Below are positions 11,554 to 22,750 of a DNA stretch of 36,362 bases, one piece after another. How positions within the stretch are numbered: the first letter of the stretch is position 1; each line of letters begins with the position of its first letter. The stretch covers positions 1 to 36,362 of the forward strand of contig BDIP01000048.1 of assembly GCA_003568945.1 (NCBI GenBank). The letters run 5' to 3'. The translations under genes and the position numbers were made by a program. Below the pieces are notes generated by a model. That model was not told the origin of the DNA. It ran no database searches and was given only the letters and a program-made list of their open reading frames with translations. Origin of the DNA: Kipferlia bialata (lineage: Eukaryota).

Positions 11554-14425
11554 ATGGGGCTCCGGCAGTATGTTTTATGTGTGGCCCTTTCATTGATACT
11601 GCCATTCGTGAGTGGATACACCTTGGACTGGGATCAGGTTGTGTGTGTGTTCTGTCATCTTGCCTTGCCGTGTATTTCCTATGTCTGATTCCAGGTTGGA
11701 TACTCAGAGTCCACAGTAGTCGCCGCAGACACAGGTATTTGGTTGCAATCACATAGTTTACTTTACACATCTGGTTAGACCCCCCCCCCTCCCCCCTCCC
11801 CTCCCCTTCCGTCTCTGACCCAGATCTCTCTGTGTGTCCGAGTACATCTGCCGAGTGCAGTTGTGACGGGTGTGCAGATGCAGTCTCGACCAGCGAGGAT
11901 GACTGTCTGACTACATTTTGGGGGGAAACCCTCTGCCAAGGTGATTTCTACGATGCCGGCATGTATTTGTGTCTGACTCATTGCAGATGGTTCTGGGACA
12001 GGATACTACCCAGTTGTGGCACCCTCCGACTTTTCCTACGCAACATACACAACCTTGCAATCATCCGGTATTGACCCACCCGAGACCAGTACTGATCAGG
12101 TATCATATATCCATTCACATAGTCGTACAGAGGGAAGATAGTGGGTTAGAGTCTCTCTGCTCTTCACTTCCCCCAGTCCAGCAGTGATAGTGCCTCTGAA
12201 TCTTATGTAGATGGAGATACCCTCCAGTCGGTGCCATCCACCTATGCCCCTTATGTAGACCCTGTCTTAGGTGAGGGGGTAGTAGCTGGGTTGACGTGTT
12301 GCATTATATACTCTGAATATGGTCCAGTCGAAGGGACATCAGCCTTCCTGAAATCCAGGGAGCACGTCTCGAGAGGCCCTGGGGTTCTCTCCTGATTCCT
12401 GGCGGGCTCTCCCCCTCTCTGGCCTGTCTGACGGTGCCTCCTGTGTCGGGGGGTCCATAGGGGATGGGAGTGTGTGGGGAGTCCTATCTGTGTATGCCTC
12501 TCCCTCTAAGGCCTCTCTTGTATCACCCACCCTGCATCTATACTCCACAGACATCGAGGCCTCCGTGGCATCCTCCCTCACCCTGGGGTACCTGGTGGAG
12601 ACAGGCACCGAGTACACCTCGCTGCTAACCCCCTCCCTCTCGGGGTCTGTGTGCACTGGCTGGGTGGTCAAGGGGGAGGTGGTGGTGGGATACGCAGTCT
12701 CAGGCTCCTCATACACTGTATCCTCTGTCGACATTGTCCTCGTGACTCTGGCCTCTGTCGACACAGCCTCTGACTCCCTCCCTCCCCCTGTGCTCTGGGT
12801 CAAACAGATAGCCGCAGAGGCAGCGGCGGGGGAGGTCGCCAGTATAGGTAGGGACATTCAGTCTGGTCTCGTCTTTTGGCTCTCAGCCTGCATATCAGTA
12901 GCGTATATCCAGATGGGCCTAATGTCGAGAGCCTGTGCGTGTTGATTGCGTGGATTAACCCTCACCCCAGTTGCTGGCACTTGGGAGTCCCTCCCCTGTG
13001 ACCCTGGGTACGTGCTGTCCACCCCAGAGAGTGGGTACCCGCCCAGCAACCCCGTCTGGACCGGTCGCCAGGTCACCAAGGCAGACTCCCTGTTGACCGC
13101 AATCATACCCACACCCTTCCAGGTATGTGGCGCCCCGGTAACTACTATGCTACATTTCTACGTTTGTATGTTTGTATGGTTGGTGTACTCGTCCCTGTCC
13201 GACTACCCCTGCAGGGCCTGCCCCTTCCCGTGCCAGCCTCAGACGGGTCATGCACCGCACCCACCAGTGGCAGCATCCCAGGGTCAGGTAGGCCGCATGG
13301 ATACACCTCGATGGCAACGAGTATATCTTGTATCAGATAGATATCACCCACTCCCAGGATATGAATCTGGTGCATTTGGTTTGTCTTCTGTGTCCCAGTG
13401 CACAGTGGCTGGTACCTATGCCTCTTGCACCCTTTTGAGACAGGCGACCAGGGACATCATAACAGGCATGTCACCAGCAGACATCTATATATCCATCTGG
13501 TTTCCAACTAGGCACCTCTGGCTTATGGACAGGAGTGCACTGGAGCAGTGTGAGTGTTGGGGAGACTGACCCTACCGACCCAAGGTACAGAAACATGTGT
13601 CAGCATGGCACCAACTCTGTTTTGGCATACTGTGATAGTGCTTGGCCCTGTTGTGTCACTCATATTCAGTGTATACCCGCTGACCCACGTGGCCTCATTT
13701 GCAAACGGATCCCCAGAAATGGTAAGGAGTCCATAGGCTGTGTCCGATACATACTGTGCTATTCTTCTCCAATTATACTTTTTGAGTGTTAATGACATAT
13801 ATAAGTGTCTGGCTGTTCCTACGTATGTATGTCTGTCTGACACGCTAGGCAGCGGACTGGGTGTCTGTCCTGCCAGCAGAGAGCACTGGTACATACCCAC
13901 CAGACATCAGCACAGAGGTACATTGGGTGGTACATTGGAGGGCACTTTTCACACAACTGTGTGCTTTCCCCCATCCGTCCTCATTCTAATCTTCAGAGTG
14001 GAGTCGGCGGTGTCTGTGCCGACGTCCCCCTGTCTCTCAACTGGCATGTGGTATTTGCAAAACTAGGTACCACAGTGTATTTGACTCTCACAGCTGAGTA
14101 TTGTTTTCTCGGTCCATGCTATGTCACTTCCAACTACAGGCACTGTCTCAGAGCCACAACGGCGAATCTTAGGGGTATATAGAGAGGTGGCCACTGGCGA
14201 CATGACTCTGGCTGACGGGGGGGTCGTTACGGTACGACGGCATTGTACACACAAGTATTGGGAATCTATGGAGCATATTGATATTGGGTATTTCTTTCCT
14301 CACTCTTGTTTCTGATACTCCAGGGTACCGTGTCACACTGGGACGTTACTGACTATATGGCTCCTGTTGTTACAGAGACTGAGGACACAGTGACCTCTGT
14401 GGAGGCTGATTTGCCTTGGGTATAA
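11554..14425 (+). CDS. TCTN: Tectonic-family (TCTN1-like) ciliary transition-zone protein
   Basis: Signal peptide MGLRQYVLCVALSLILPFVSG; Cys-rich N-terminus (DLSVCPSTSAECSCDGC); spliced motifs SGYPPSNPVWTG, FGLSSVSQC, HVASFANGSPEMAADWVSV, CADVPLSLNWHVVFAKLGTVSEPQRRILGV and VSHWDVT...VEADLPWV* follow the order of tectonic motifs (PGY.G.P, FG...SGC, VA.FGN...DWV.I, G...PQ.KI, V.F.DV...A.LP). TAA stop at 14423-14425. Confidence 0.8.
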
Positions 14426-14684
14426 GCACATGTAAATCCCGGCCATGATTCAATCTGTACTACTGCAGTAGGATTTGTAAATGCATAACCATGATGGTGG
14501 TATACTCGTTATCTCCTTTTGGACAGAGGCAGTCAAGTGAAGTAGGTATGATGCCATACAGAAAGTATCAGTCTAATAGATTCACTTAAACCGGGAGACA
14601 TATCAACACTACCCACTATAAGACTCTATTAACACTAAATACAATGCAAGAACAATACAGAATGTACCCATACAGCATCAGGCC

Positions 14685-15577
14685 CTAGTCAACGTCGTCC
14701 ATGGTGTCAATGCCAGACACAGCGGAATGAGACTCCCGAGGCATCTCTGCCAGAGGCTGGAGAGCGGGGGACCCAGTGGTGCCAGTCTCACACACCAGTG
14801 CCACCTCAGTGGTATCACAGAGACCAGCTGGCTCACCCCCTCCCGCACCAGCCTCGGAGACAGAGACGGCAGAAGGGCGCGAGACCTCAGCAGGGGCCTC
14901 CTGGACCCGGGCAGCACCCTTGCTTAGACGCACGGTGTCGCCGGCAGACAGTGAGCCAGGCCCCCCAGACACACTGGGCACATCCAGAACCTCATGACCA
15001 GCAGCAGACACAACGGGGCCCTGGGGTCAGACGGGTAGACAATCATAGGGTGAATGTGTCCAAGTATCGGTAACTGACAGTGAGAGCAACTGAAGCGCTA
15101 TCCGGCACCGGAAATCCCTCAGACTGCAACCAGTGACAGCGTGGACACACAGACCAACATGTGCCTAAGTGTTGTGGTAAGTAAGAGATGCTCATAAGTC
15201 ACATACCTTACTCCGCTTGCGCCCCTTGCACTCCAACTTGTGTTCCTTCCAGTGCTTCCTCTGACACCGGTCGCTGCAGTACCAGACCTCTGAACAGGTA
15301 AGTGGTGGGCATATGATCTACACAAACGCAACTATATCGACGAATACACATATTAATACAATATGGTATATACCTTTGCATGCGCCGCACCGGTTACTGG
15401 CACTCTTGCCGCATCTTGAGTGAGACCCAGTGGGAGATGCAGATGGTATTGAACTAAACGGGACATGAGCTTCACACCCCCTCACCTCTTGCACTTTGGC
15501 GCCCCCAGGGCTAGTTCCTCGAAGGAGTCTGAGCCCATCACCTTGGTCAGAGACCCGATATCATCGGCCAGACTGCC
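14685..15577 (-). CDS. C-terminal part of a MYND zinc-finger protein, ZMYND10(BLU)-like; 5' exons not found
   Basis: Exons 15486-15577, 15374-15414, 15207-15289, 14685-15020 give GSLADDIGSLTKVMGSDSFEELALGAPKCKRCGKSASNRCGACKEVWYCSDRCQRKHWKEHKLECK plus an acidic tail. Full MYND Cys/His pattern; the preceding EEL..PKC and WYC resemble ZMYND10. Confidence 0.8.
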
Positions 15578-15946
15578 CTGCAGGGAGACAGAGATGGGGT
15601 GGGGGGGGGGGGGGGGAGAGGGGAAAAAGAAAGGGGGGACACAATTGTAGAAAGACATTGTTGTCATTTATATACCCTTATACATGGGTATACACTACAC
15701 TGAACAGATTATATAAGTACTGGTACTCTATCTTGTGCTCCAGTTCCTCTTCTGGTACACAAGGGACCCCCCCCCCCCTTCACTGAGGAATCAAGCTTCT
15801 TATCCTCCTCCTTTCTCCCTTAGAATGTGTTACTACCCCACACCCATAGTTCGAAGCAGATACACTCTACTATATGCACATAATTATGGTAGTGTACTCA
15901 CAATGATACAACTGAATACACAAATATATATACCTCCATATATCTA

Positions 15947-15985
<39 letters not shown>

Positions 15986-16024
15986 TAGTTCATATATATA
16001 TATATATATGCCTCTTACCCTTAG

Positions 16025-19000
16025 ATGGTTTTACTGGTCTCACACCCCCTTGGTTCGAGGCAGAGATTGTCAGACTGGTAACTAGTTCCAAGATGAGTCT
16101 TACTGTACGTATGCTAATTACATCTTACACCCTGAACTTGAATTCTTTGTCAACACACAACAAATGTTTCCCTGACGCTGAATACATGGTGGTCTATCAG
16201 AACCATGTATACAAAGAGTCCGGAGTACAGCTAGTATCACACTCACACCTAGAGTCTTGTTCCACATATTTCATACCACCTACGGTCTTGCTGCGTGAAG
16301 CACGAATACATGAAGGCGTATTCCGGAGGTCAGGTAATGACCATTGTCTTCACTTTTGCCCTTTGGCAGAAGTATACCATTAATGCCACACCCATTTTGG
16401 CCGTAGTATACTATCTCTCTACTCAACACATATTGAATAGCTATCAGTTCCCTCTTCTGATTTAGACTGTGACTATGACTGCCCAGTTCTCTTAGTAAGA
16501 GTCTTACAATAGGGTCTCTTTTATGTCCGTGTTACACGTATCTTCGATACAGATCTTGGTGTCAATGTGGAGACCAGAATACGAGAGAGACGGGACGGAA
16601 GGTGTGGTTGCTCTAAAATATGATATTTCTTTGAACTGAGTATGTCATTGATTATGAGTAGGGCCATGGTCACGATACACACAATGGAGTGAATCAATAT
16701 TTTGTTGACATACATATCTCTTTCACACAAGGGTTCTGGCTCTTGAGCCACCTCCCAGCATTCAGGCGGTATTGAAGAAACTGGACTGTGAGAAGTGGGA
16801 TCGGCAGAAGGGCATTAGCCATGTACGGGTAAAGTTATTCCGATTGAGTATAGATGCCGATTCGGCAATATTTGTGGACAGTGCTAACATCATGTTGCCT
16901 TTTCACCTTAGCCTGTCTCTTACATGTCGTCTTGGTCGCGATACACTGGATTGAAACGCTTTGCCCTTTGGCGCCTTACAGTGACACCCACCCAAAGAGT
17001 GATCAAGACAATCCTGCACGATCATTTCTCGAGGCGTGGGTATGTGTACATTAATACATGGCATTGATTGTACTATTTCTCTTCGCAAACCATATATCCT
17101 CGTCGCATACCTGATAGTATGGCCCATATCTGATATATGGTCATAAACATATGTATATATACTTCAATTCATTGGCCACATCCTCCACATATCAGAGCCA
17201 AGGAAGTCAGTATCTTCACATGCTTGAAATACTATATGACTCTTGCACCATGGTAATGCACTATCTCGAGGCTCATCATCAGTGGAGTGTGGGGTATTCT
17301 TCCCGACTCCCCGCTAATCAACTACCACAACCTGCCTCCTGGGGTGGATCCATTCTTTGTAGCGCATCCAAGCCTCCTACCAACACCGACTCAGCAGCTC
17401 AACGTCTCAATTAGTTCACTCTCTGCTGCCGTAACACCTTCATCTCCCTGGACTGAGGTAGAGTGTACCCACTGGTGCAACACCTGTAAAGTACCAGTTG
17501 TGAGGAACCTTGTGAGGATGGTAGTGAATGAGAACAGTGCCGAGAAGAGACGCCCATTCACGGTAAGAGTGTCTCTATATGTAATTTGACGTTGTGTTCC
17601 TTGATGTTCTCCTTTCCCACTATAATGGGGTATGTGTGTTCCAATCTATCATGTCTTTTAATGACAGGTAAACTTTCAGAGACACACCATTGGAGATGCT
17701 GGGATTCTGGAACTTGCGTCTGCCATGCCTCAGCTTGGGTCTATAGTATCGGTGCGTACATACACAAATATACCCGCCAATCACATTCATTACATGGTGT
17801 ATGATACACCGTGTAATTGACAATGTCTGATAGACCAACTTGGATAGATGTGCTTAAACATTACCACATGGTGTCTATATATATGTGCTGATTCCCAGCT
17901 ATCCCTTGTGGGCAACCAGATTGGAGACGAGGGAGCAGAAGCATTGGCGCAGACTCTACATCACCTGGATAGACTGACAATGGTATGTTCCTATTCGGTA
18001 TCTCTATTCTGTGCTTGGGGATAAGATGGGCTGATTATTGGGTCAATTTCACACCGTCAAATGTCATATTAAACTGCTAGATCGGTTCTTTTGGCATACT
18101 CACTGTCAGCTTGGACTCCATGACAACAACATTGGAGATATAGGGGCACTTGCTCTCGGTAGAGCAGTAGTCAGTCACAAGAGTCTGAAGCAGGTCTTTA
18201 TAGAAATATAGCAATACTGTGTAATTGTATATAATAGTAATACATAGAACATACCAGTAATCTCAACTGCGGGATGCCGGCTCACCTCTAGGTGATGCTT
18301 ACACGTAATAAGATCACTGAGAGAGGGGCCAGAGCACTTTCAGAGATATTGGGGGACTCAGTTGGAAGGGTTCTCTTCGGCAGGAGTCGCAGAATCCCCA
18401 TCAAGACCTTACCGGTGGTTGCCAGGCCTAGGCCGGCTGTGGACAGCCAGGTTCTAAGGGACAGCCTCCAGACGACAACAGTCTGGAGTAAGGATCAGTG
18501 GAACAACTGGTTCGGTACATGTGAGGCGACAGCTGTTGTTGACGCTGTGTCAGAGTCATATCGTAAGCGGCACTTCCAGGTATACGTCTAATTATCTTTT
18601 CGGTGTAGCATCATAGTAGTAAATGACCTGGTCTTGCAACTGATTCTCAGGTTCATCTTAGTGCTAGTAACCTAGGAGATATGGAGGTCATGTCTCTTAC
18701 ATCTGTCCTCCCACAGCTGTCTCACCGCTTGCACCGGAGTGTTAAGGGTCACTCTGGCGCATCCCTTACTCACGGCCACGGGTACAAGAGTGGTCTTCTT
18801 GAGGTATCTCCCAAATACTGACGTCATACTAGATGTCTCCTCATATATAACTCACAATATCTGGTCCGTGTGTACCACCCTTGTTTACAGAACAATCTAT
18901 ATCTGGTCCATTAGCTGTCTGCTCTATATAGTGGTAATGTACAACTTGTACAATTGTCTGATATCCAGTTGAGACTCGAAGACAATCTGATAGGTGACCA

Positions 19001-21543
19001 CGGAGCTATCGCTCTGGCTGAGACCCTTCCGCTCCTGACAGACATCTCAGTGGTAAGTAACCCTTGGAGTTGGCACATCTGATGTGATATGTCCTGTCTA
19101 CTTACTCACTTGTCCTGAGTATTCCCACTTCAGCTGAGACTCCACGGAAACAGAATAGGAGTTACGGGTTGTGTAGCCCTTGGCCGTGCAATATCCCGAC
19201 ACAGGACTCTAGGCCAGGTACTCATTCGTATTGAGTGTTATGCTGTAATCAACGCCAGCGCCGATCTCTCTGTAGATATTTGAAGACACTTTGTAGGCTT
19301 CACACTGACAATTGTCTCCCCTTAATCCATAGGTCTGGCTCTCTCCCACTGTTGACACGGACAGTGGGGCCAGAGCATTCGTGCAGAGCCTGGGAGACTC
19401 AGTTGGAAAGGTTAGGGTCTTGACTGTTTTGGAATACTGCATTCTATACTTACAAGAAGGGTAATCCAACTCTCGCTTATACTAGGTCTGTCTCTTCGGA
19501 TCCAGTATCGATCCACTGCTCATAAACCTCCTGAATGACGCACACGCCAAGCAGGCTACATCTAGTAGTTCTGGGACTGTAGAGGGGTTAGCAGGGGCCG
19601 ATCTGACGACTCAGCCACCTGATGGAGAGGAAGGAAGAGAGGTGATGATGGTAGAATATGGTGACACTACACACTCCCCACCCCTGGACCCATCGCTAGC
19701 CAGAGCGGCATTCAGAGAGGGTCTCTACTCTAGGGCGCCACATGCTACCTCTTCTCCAAGATTGGACTGTAGACGGGCTGTCACTGCATTCAGGCAGGGT
19801 CTCTATGGTCACTCCGATTCTGGAGCACCTTCCACTGACAGAAGAAGTAGCTATTCTGTTTCCAAGAGAACCAGGGAGACTGCTGGGTTGCCAGCTACCA
19901 CCTCTGACCCTGCTGCTGGACTGGTAGCGAAGCGGCGACCAGGTGCCAAGGTAGACATCCAACCCCAACCTTGCACAGCCTTGATAGAGGTTGACCCCTT
20001 CGATGGAGGTGGGGATCCCTTCGAAGAGATTGATGAGCTCAAGTGGGCCTGGCACCCATCGAGAGGTCTCGTAGGAGTAGCCCGTTTCGAAGAGGTGGAC
20101 CCTCCTCAGGAGGTGGATCCGTTTCTGGGGGATGGGGACCCATTCAGAGAGGATGATCCTTTTCAGGAGATTGAGTGGTGCCAGTATGGAGGTCCTTGGC
20201 TGAGAGATCCCTTTGAAGAGGTCGACGATCTTCTTGGAGAGTACATGCCTTACCAGTCTTCAGTAGCTGACCGTACAATGCATAGAGGGGTGGACTTTGA
20301 TGAAGTCGATCCATTCTTAGGGGATAGCGACCCTTTCGCAGAGGTGGATCCGTTCTTAGGGAATGCCGGAGCTGGGACAGAGTTGGATCCATTTGCAGAC
20401 GGCTATGACGCATTTGAAGGTGAGGATAGATGTGTTGATGAGAGTAAGCATTCTGGGAGAGAAGGTCAGAAGACACCAGCCGAGAGTACTGTCCGACCTA
20501 CTGAGAGTATGGCTCAGGAGAGAGTGAGGGATGCTGCAGTGGTTCCGACTCACTCCCTCTTAGGCACCCCACAGAGACAATATGCTTCTCCTTCTGCTAC
20601 CCCTGTGGCGAGTGTTCCCTCTGCTGATGCTACCATGAGAGACACTACAACTGAGGGTACTGATATGCAAGATCTACGAGATACCTGCCAGTCTCAGCAG
20701 GCCGAGATTGACACCCTTCGCTCTCTAGTGGCGACAATGGATACTGAGGCTGCCACTCTTCGCACTCAGCTCTCCACCAGTACCCAAGAGGCAGTATCCC
20801 TACACGCCAAGGTCTCTTCCCTACATGAGTCGCACGCGAAGTCCAGGGCAGAGGGGTATCAGCGGATAATGGGGATGCACAAGTTACTTGACATTCAGAA
20901 GGAGAGGACACAGAAGGCCCAGCAGCGAGTGAAGGACCTTAAAGAGCAGTGTGGGACGCAGAAGGCAGAGATTGTGAGACTTGAGTCAGAACTTCGCCCT
21001 CAGATTGCATCCCTGAGATCAGCACTAGTGACTGGGAATCAGCAAGTGCAGTCCTTACTTGCCAGTGGTAAGATTCTTCAGGAGTCCAATACCGCCTTAC
21101 ATGCTAGGGTGGTTGACATGGAGAGAGCGCAGACGGCTGCCCAGCAAGAGACTGCCTCTTTGCGGTCGGAACTAGCTGCTTCACGCACTCGCACTGACTC
21201 CCTCCAGAGAGACGTCTACAGTAGGAATATGAGGGTTGTCTCCTTGCAAATAAGGCTGCATGATCTTGCGACTTCACACACAGCTGCTTTACAAGAGAAG
21301 GACCAGCAGTATGCTGCTATGGAGCATGTGCTAGAGGAGCAGAAGGCTAAGGCTGTTCGTGCTAAGCAGAGAGGGATACAGGCATTGGCTGAAGTGGAGA
21401 GGCTACGTTCACTGCTGGCTGAGGTTGAGGGTCAGAACCTCATTGACACTATTCCTCTTGACCTGGATGATGACCAGTCTTCAGAGTCCCAATCGGATGA
21501 TGGTGCAGGGGGAGAGGGAGATGGAGATGTTGATATGGGTTAG
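16025..21543 (+). CDS. Paralog 1: N-terminal unknown domain + two RI-like LRR modules + DPF-repeat region + coiled coil (start not found)
   Basis: 84-nt phase-0 exons each encode one 28-aa LRR (17668-17751, 17899-17982 LSLVGNQIGDEGAEALAQTL, 18110-18193 LGLHDNNIGDIGALAL, 18969-19052, 19134-19217); last exon 19486-21543 has 10 DPF motifs and a heptad coiled coil. Upstream exons (16025-16104, ~16253-16333, ~16732-16828, ~16912-17039, 17283-17562) are supported by homology to paralog 2. Confidence 0.85.
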
Positions 21544-22750
21544 TCTCCAGTAAATGCAGTTGGACGTTTTGGTACCAAGCCGCTCTATATTCAATAGTGT
21601 CTCTGGAACATATACCCGGGGTTAACATCCTTTCTGTATTACCATAAAGTTCACTCTTTCATAATCTATAAATTTGCACTATTTGAACTCAGACCTTGTC
21701 ATGTGTACGTGTGTACATGTTGTTCAACTCTATTTGTTTCCTGAACCCTTTTCCAACACTGTTCCTGTAGATGCACCTTGCATCTACTGCAAGACCTCTC
21801 TATCACGAGCTGCTGTATCGTTAGTCAGAGCAGAGTCCCCAACACATACCCTCAATCCAGTCCTGCCTGGCATTGCAGTGGTATGCAGGGACATGCCCAG
21901 CCGCAGGGAGAGGTGTGTACACTGAGCCTTAAGATTGGCTGTCCTAAATCTGACTCTATATACTTTATCACCCATCTGCCCCATCCAACCTTTCAGCCTC
22001 TCACAGGTGCAGCTGTCCCTGTGACTCGTGTGCCACAGTTGGGAGGTGAGTACGCTAGACTTGCAACCCCCCCCCCCCCCCACCACATAGTAGTATTGTG
22101 TGTGTATTGTATGTATATATAGATATACTCTATATACACTCTATATACACTCTATATTTACTCATATATTGTGTTGTTGGACTCGTATGCCACAGTTGGG
22201 AGGTGTGTATACCATATTTGCAAGGTGCCCTGCCAGGATATGTGGAGAGTATCTATGTATAGAGTGCGTTACTTTCTCCACTCCACAATATGAGTATTCC
22301 ATACTGATACCAAAGGGTCCCAATGTCCCGTGTTAGTGTTGGTTGTACACTTCCATATTTACCCTCCCCCGTCCCCTCTCATAATAGTATTGTACTTGGT
22401 GTATGTGTGTTCTATAGCATTCCCACTCCATATACACTAGGGTCTCCATTCTACGCGGTGCCTCCATGGGATTGAGGGTGCTCCCTTTTGCTTCCCACAT
22501 CCATATATGCTCTCCTCATATGCACTACATATATACGTTTATGCATATATGAGAATTACATATATATACATACATGCTCATCACTGGGTATGACAGGGGG
22601 GGGGGGAGTATTAATCCATGTCCTATTATGTACATTCTTTTCTCCTCCTCCTCCCCACTCACAGAGGTGTCAGTGACACTATCACATTACAAATACACTA
22701 GAGATATTACTGATCCTATCTCTCTCCCTCAGACTCATTCTCCTACACTA

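Noticed and set aside
12339..12857. 172-aa minus-strand ORF, and similar antisense ORFs such as 9304-10308 + and 32431-33099 -
   Set aside because: Shadows of exons on the opposite strand that have proper splice sites and recognisable motifs.
11941..13510. GC donors (gcatgt) at 11959 and 13466 in the tectonic gene
   Set aside because: Canonical GT donors in the same phase exist nearby (11941, 13412); cannot be decided without cDNA.
16025..16333. BTB-BACK domain at the N-terminus of the LRR paralogs
   Set aside because: Only a vague resemblance; not supportable without a profile search.
17236..17282. ATG at 17236 as the start of LRR paralog 1
   Set aside because: Upstream exons are homologous between both paralogs and splice in phase 2 onto 17283, so the gene starts further upstream.
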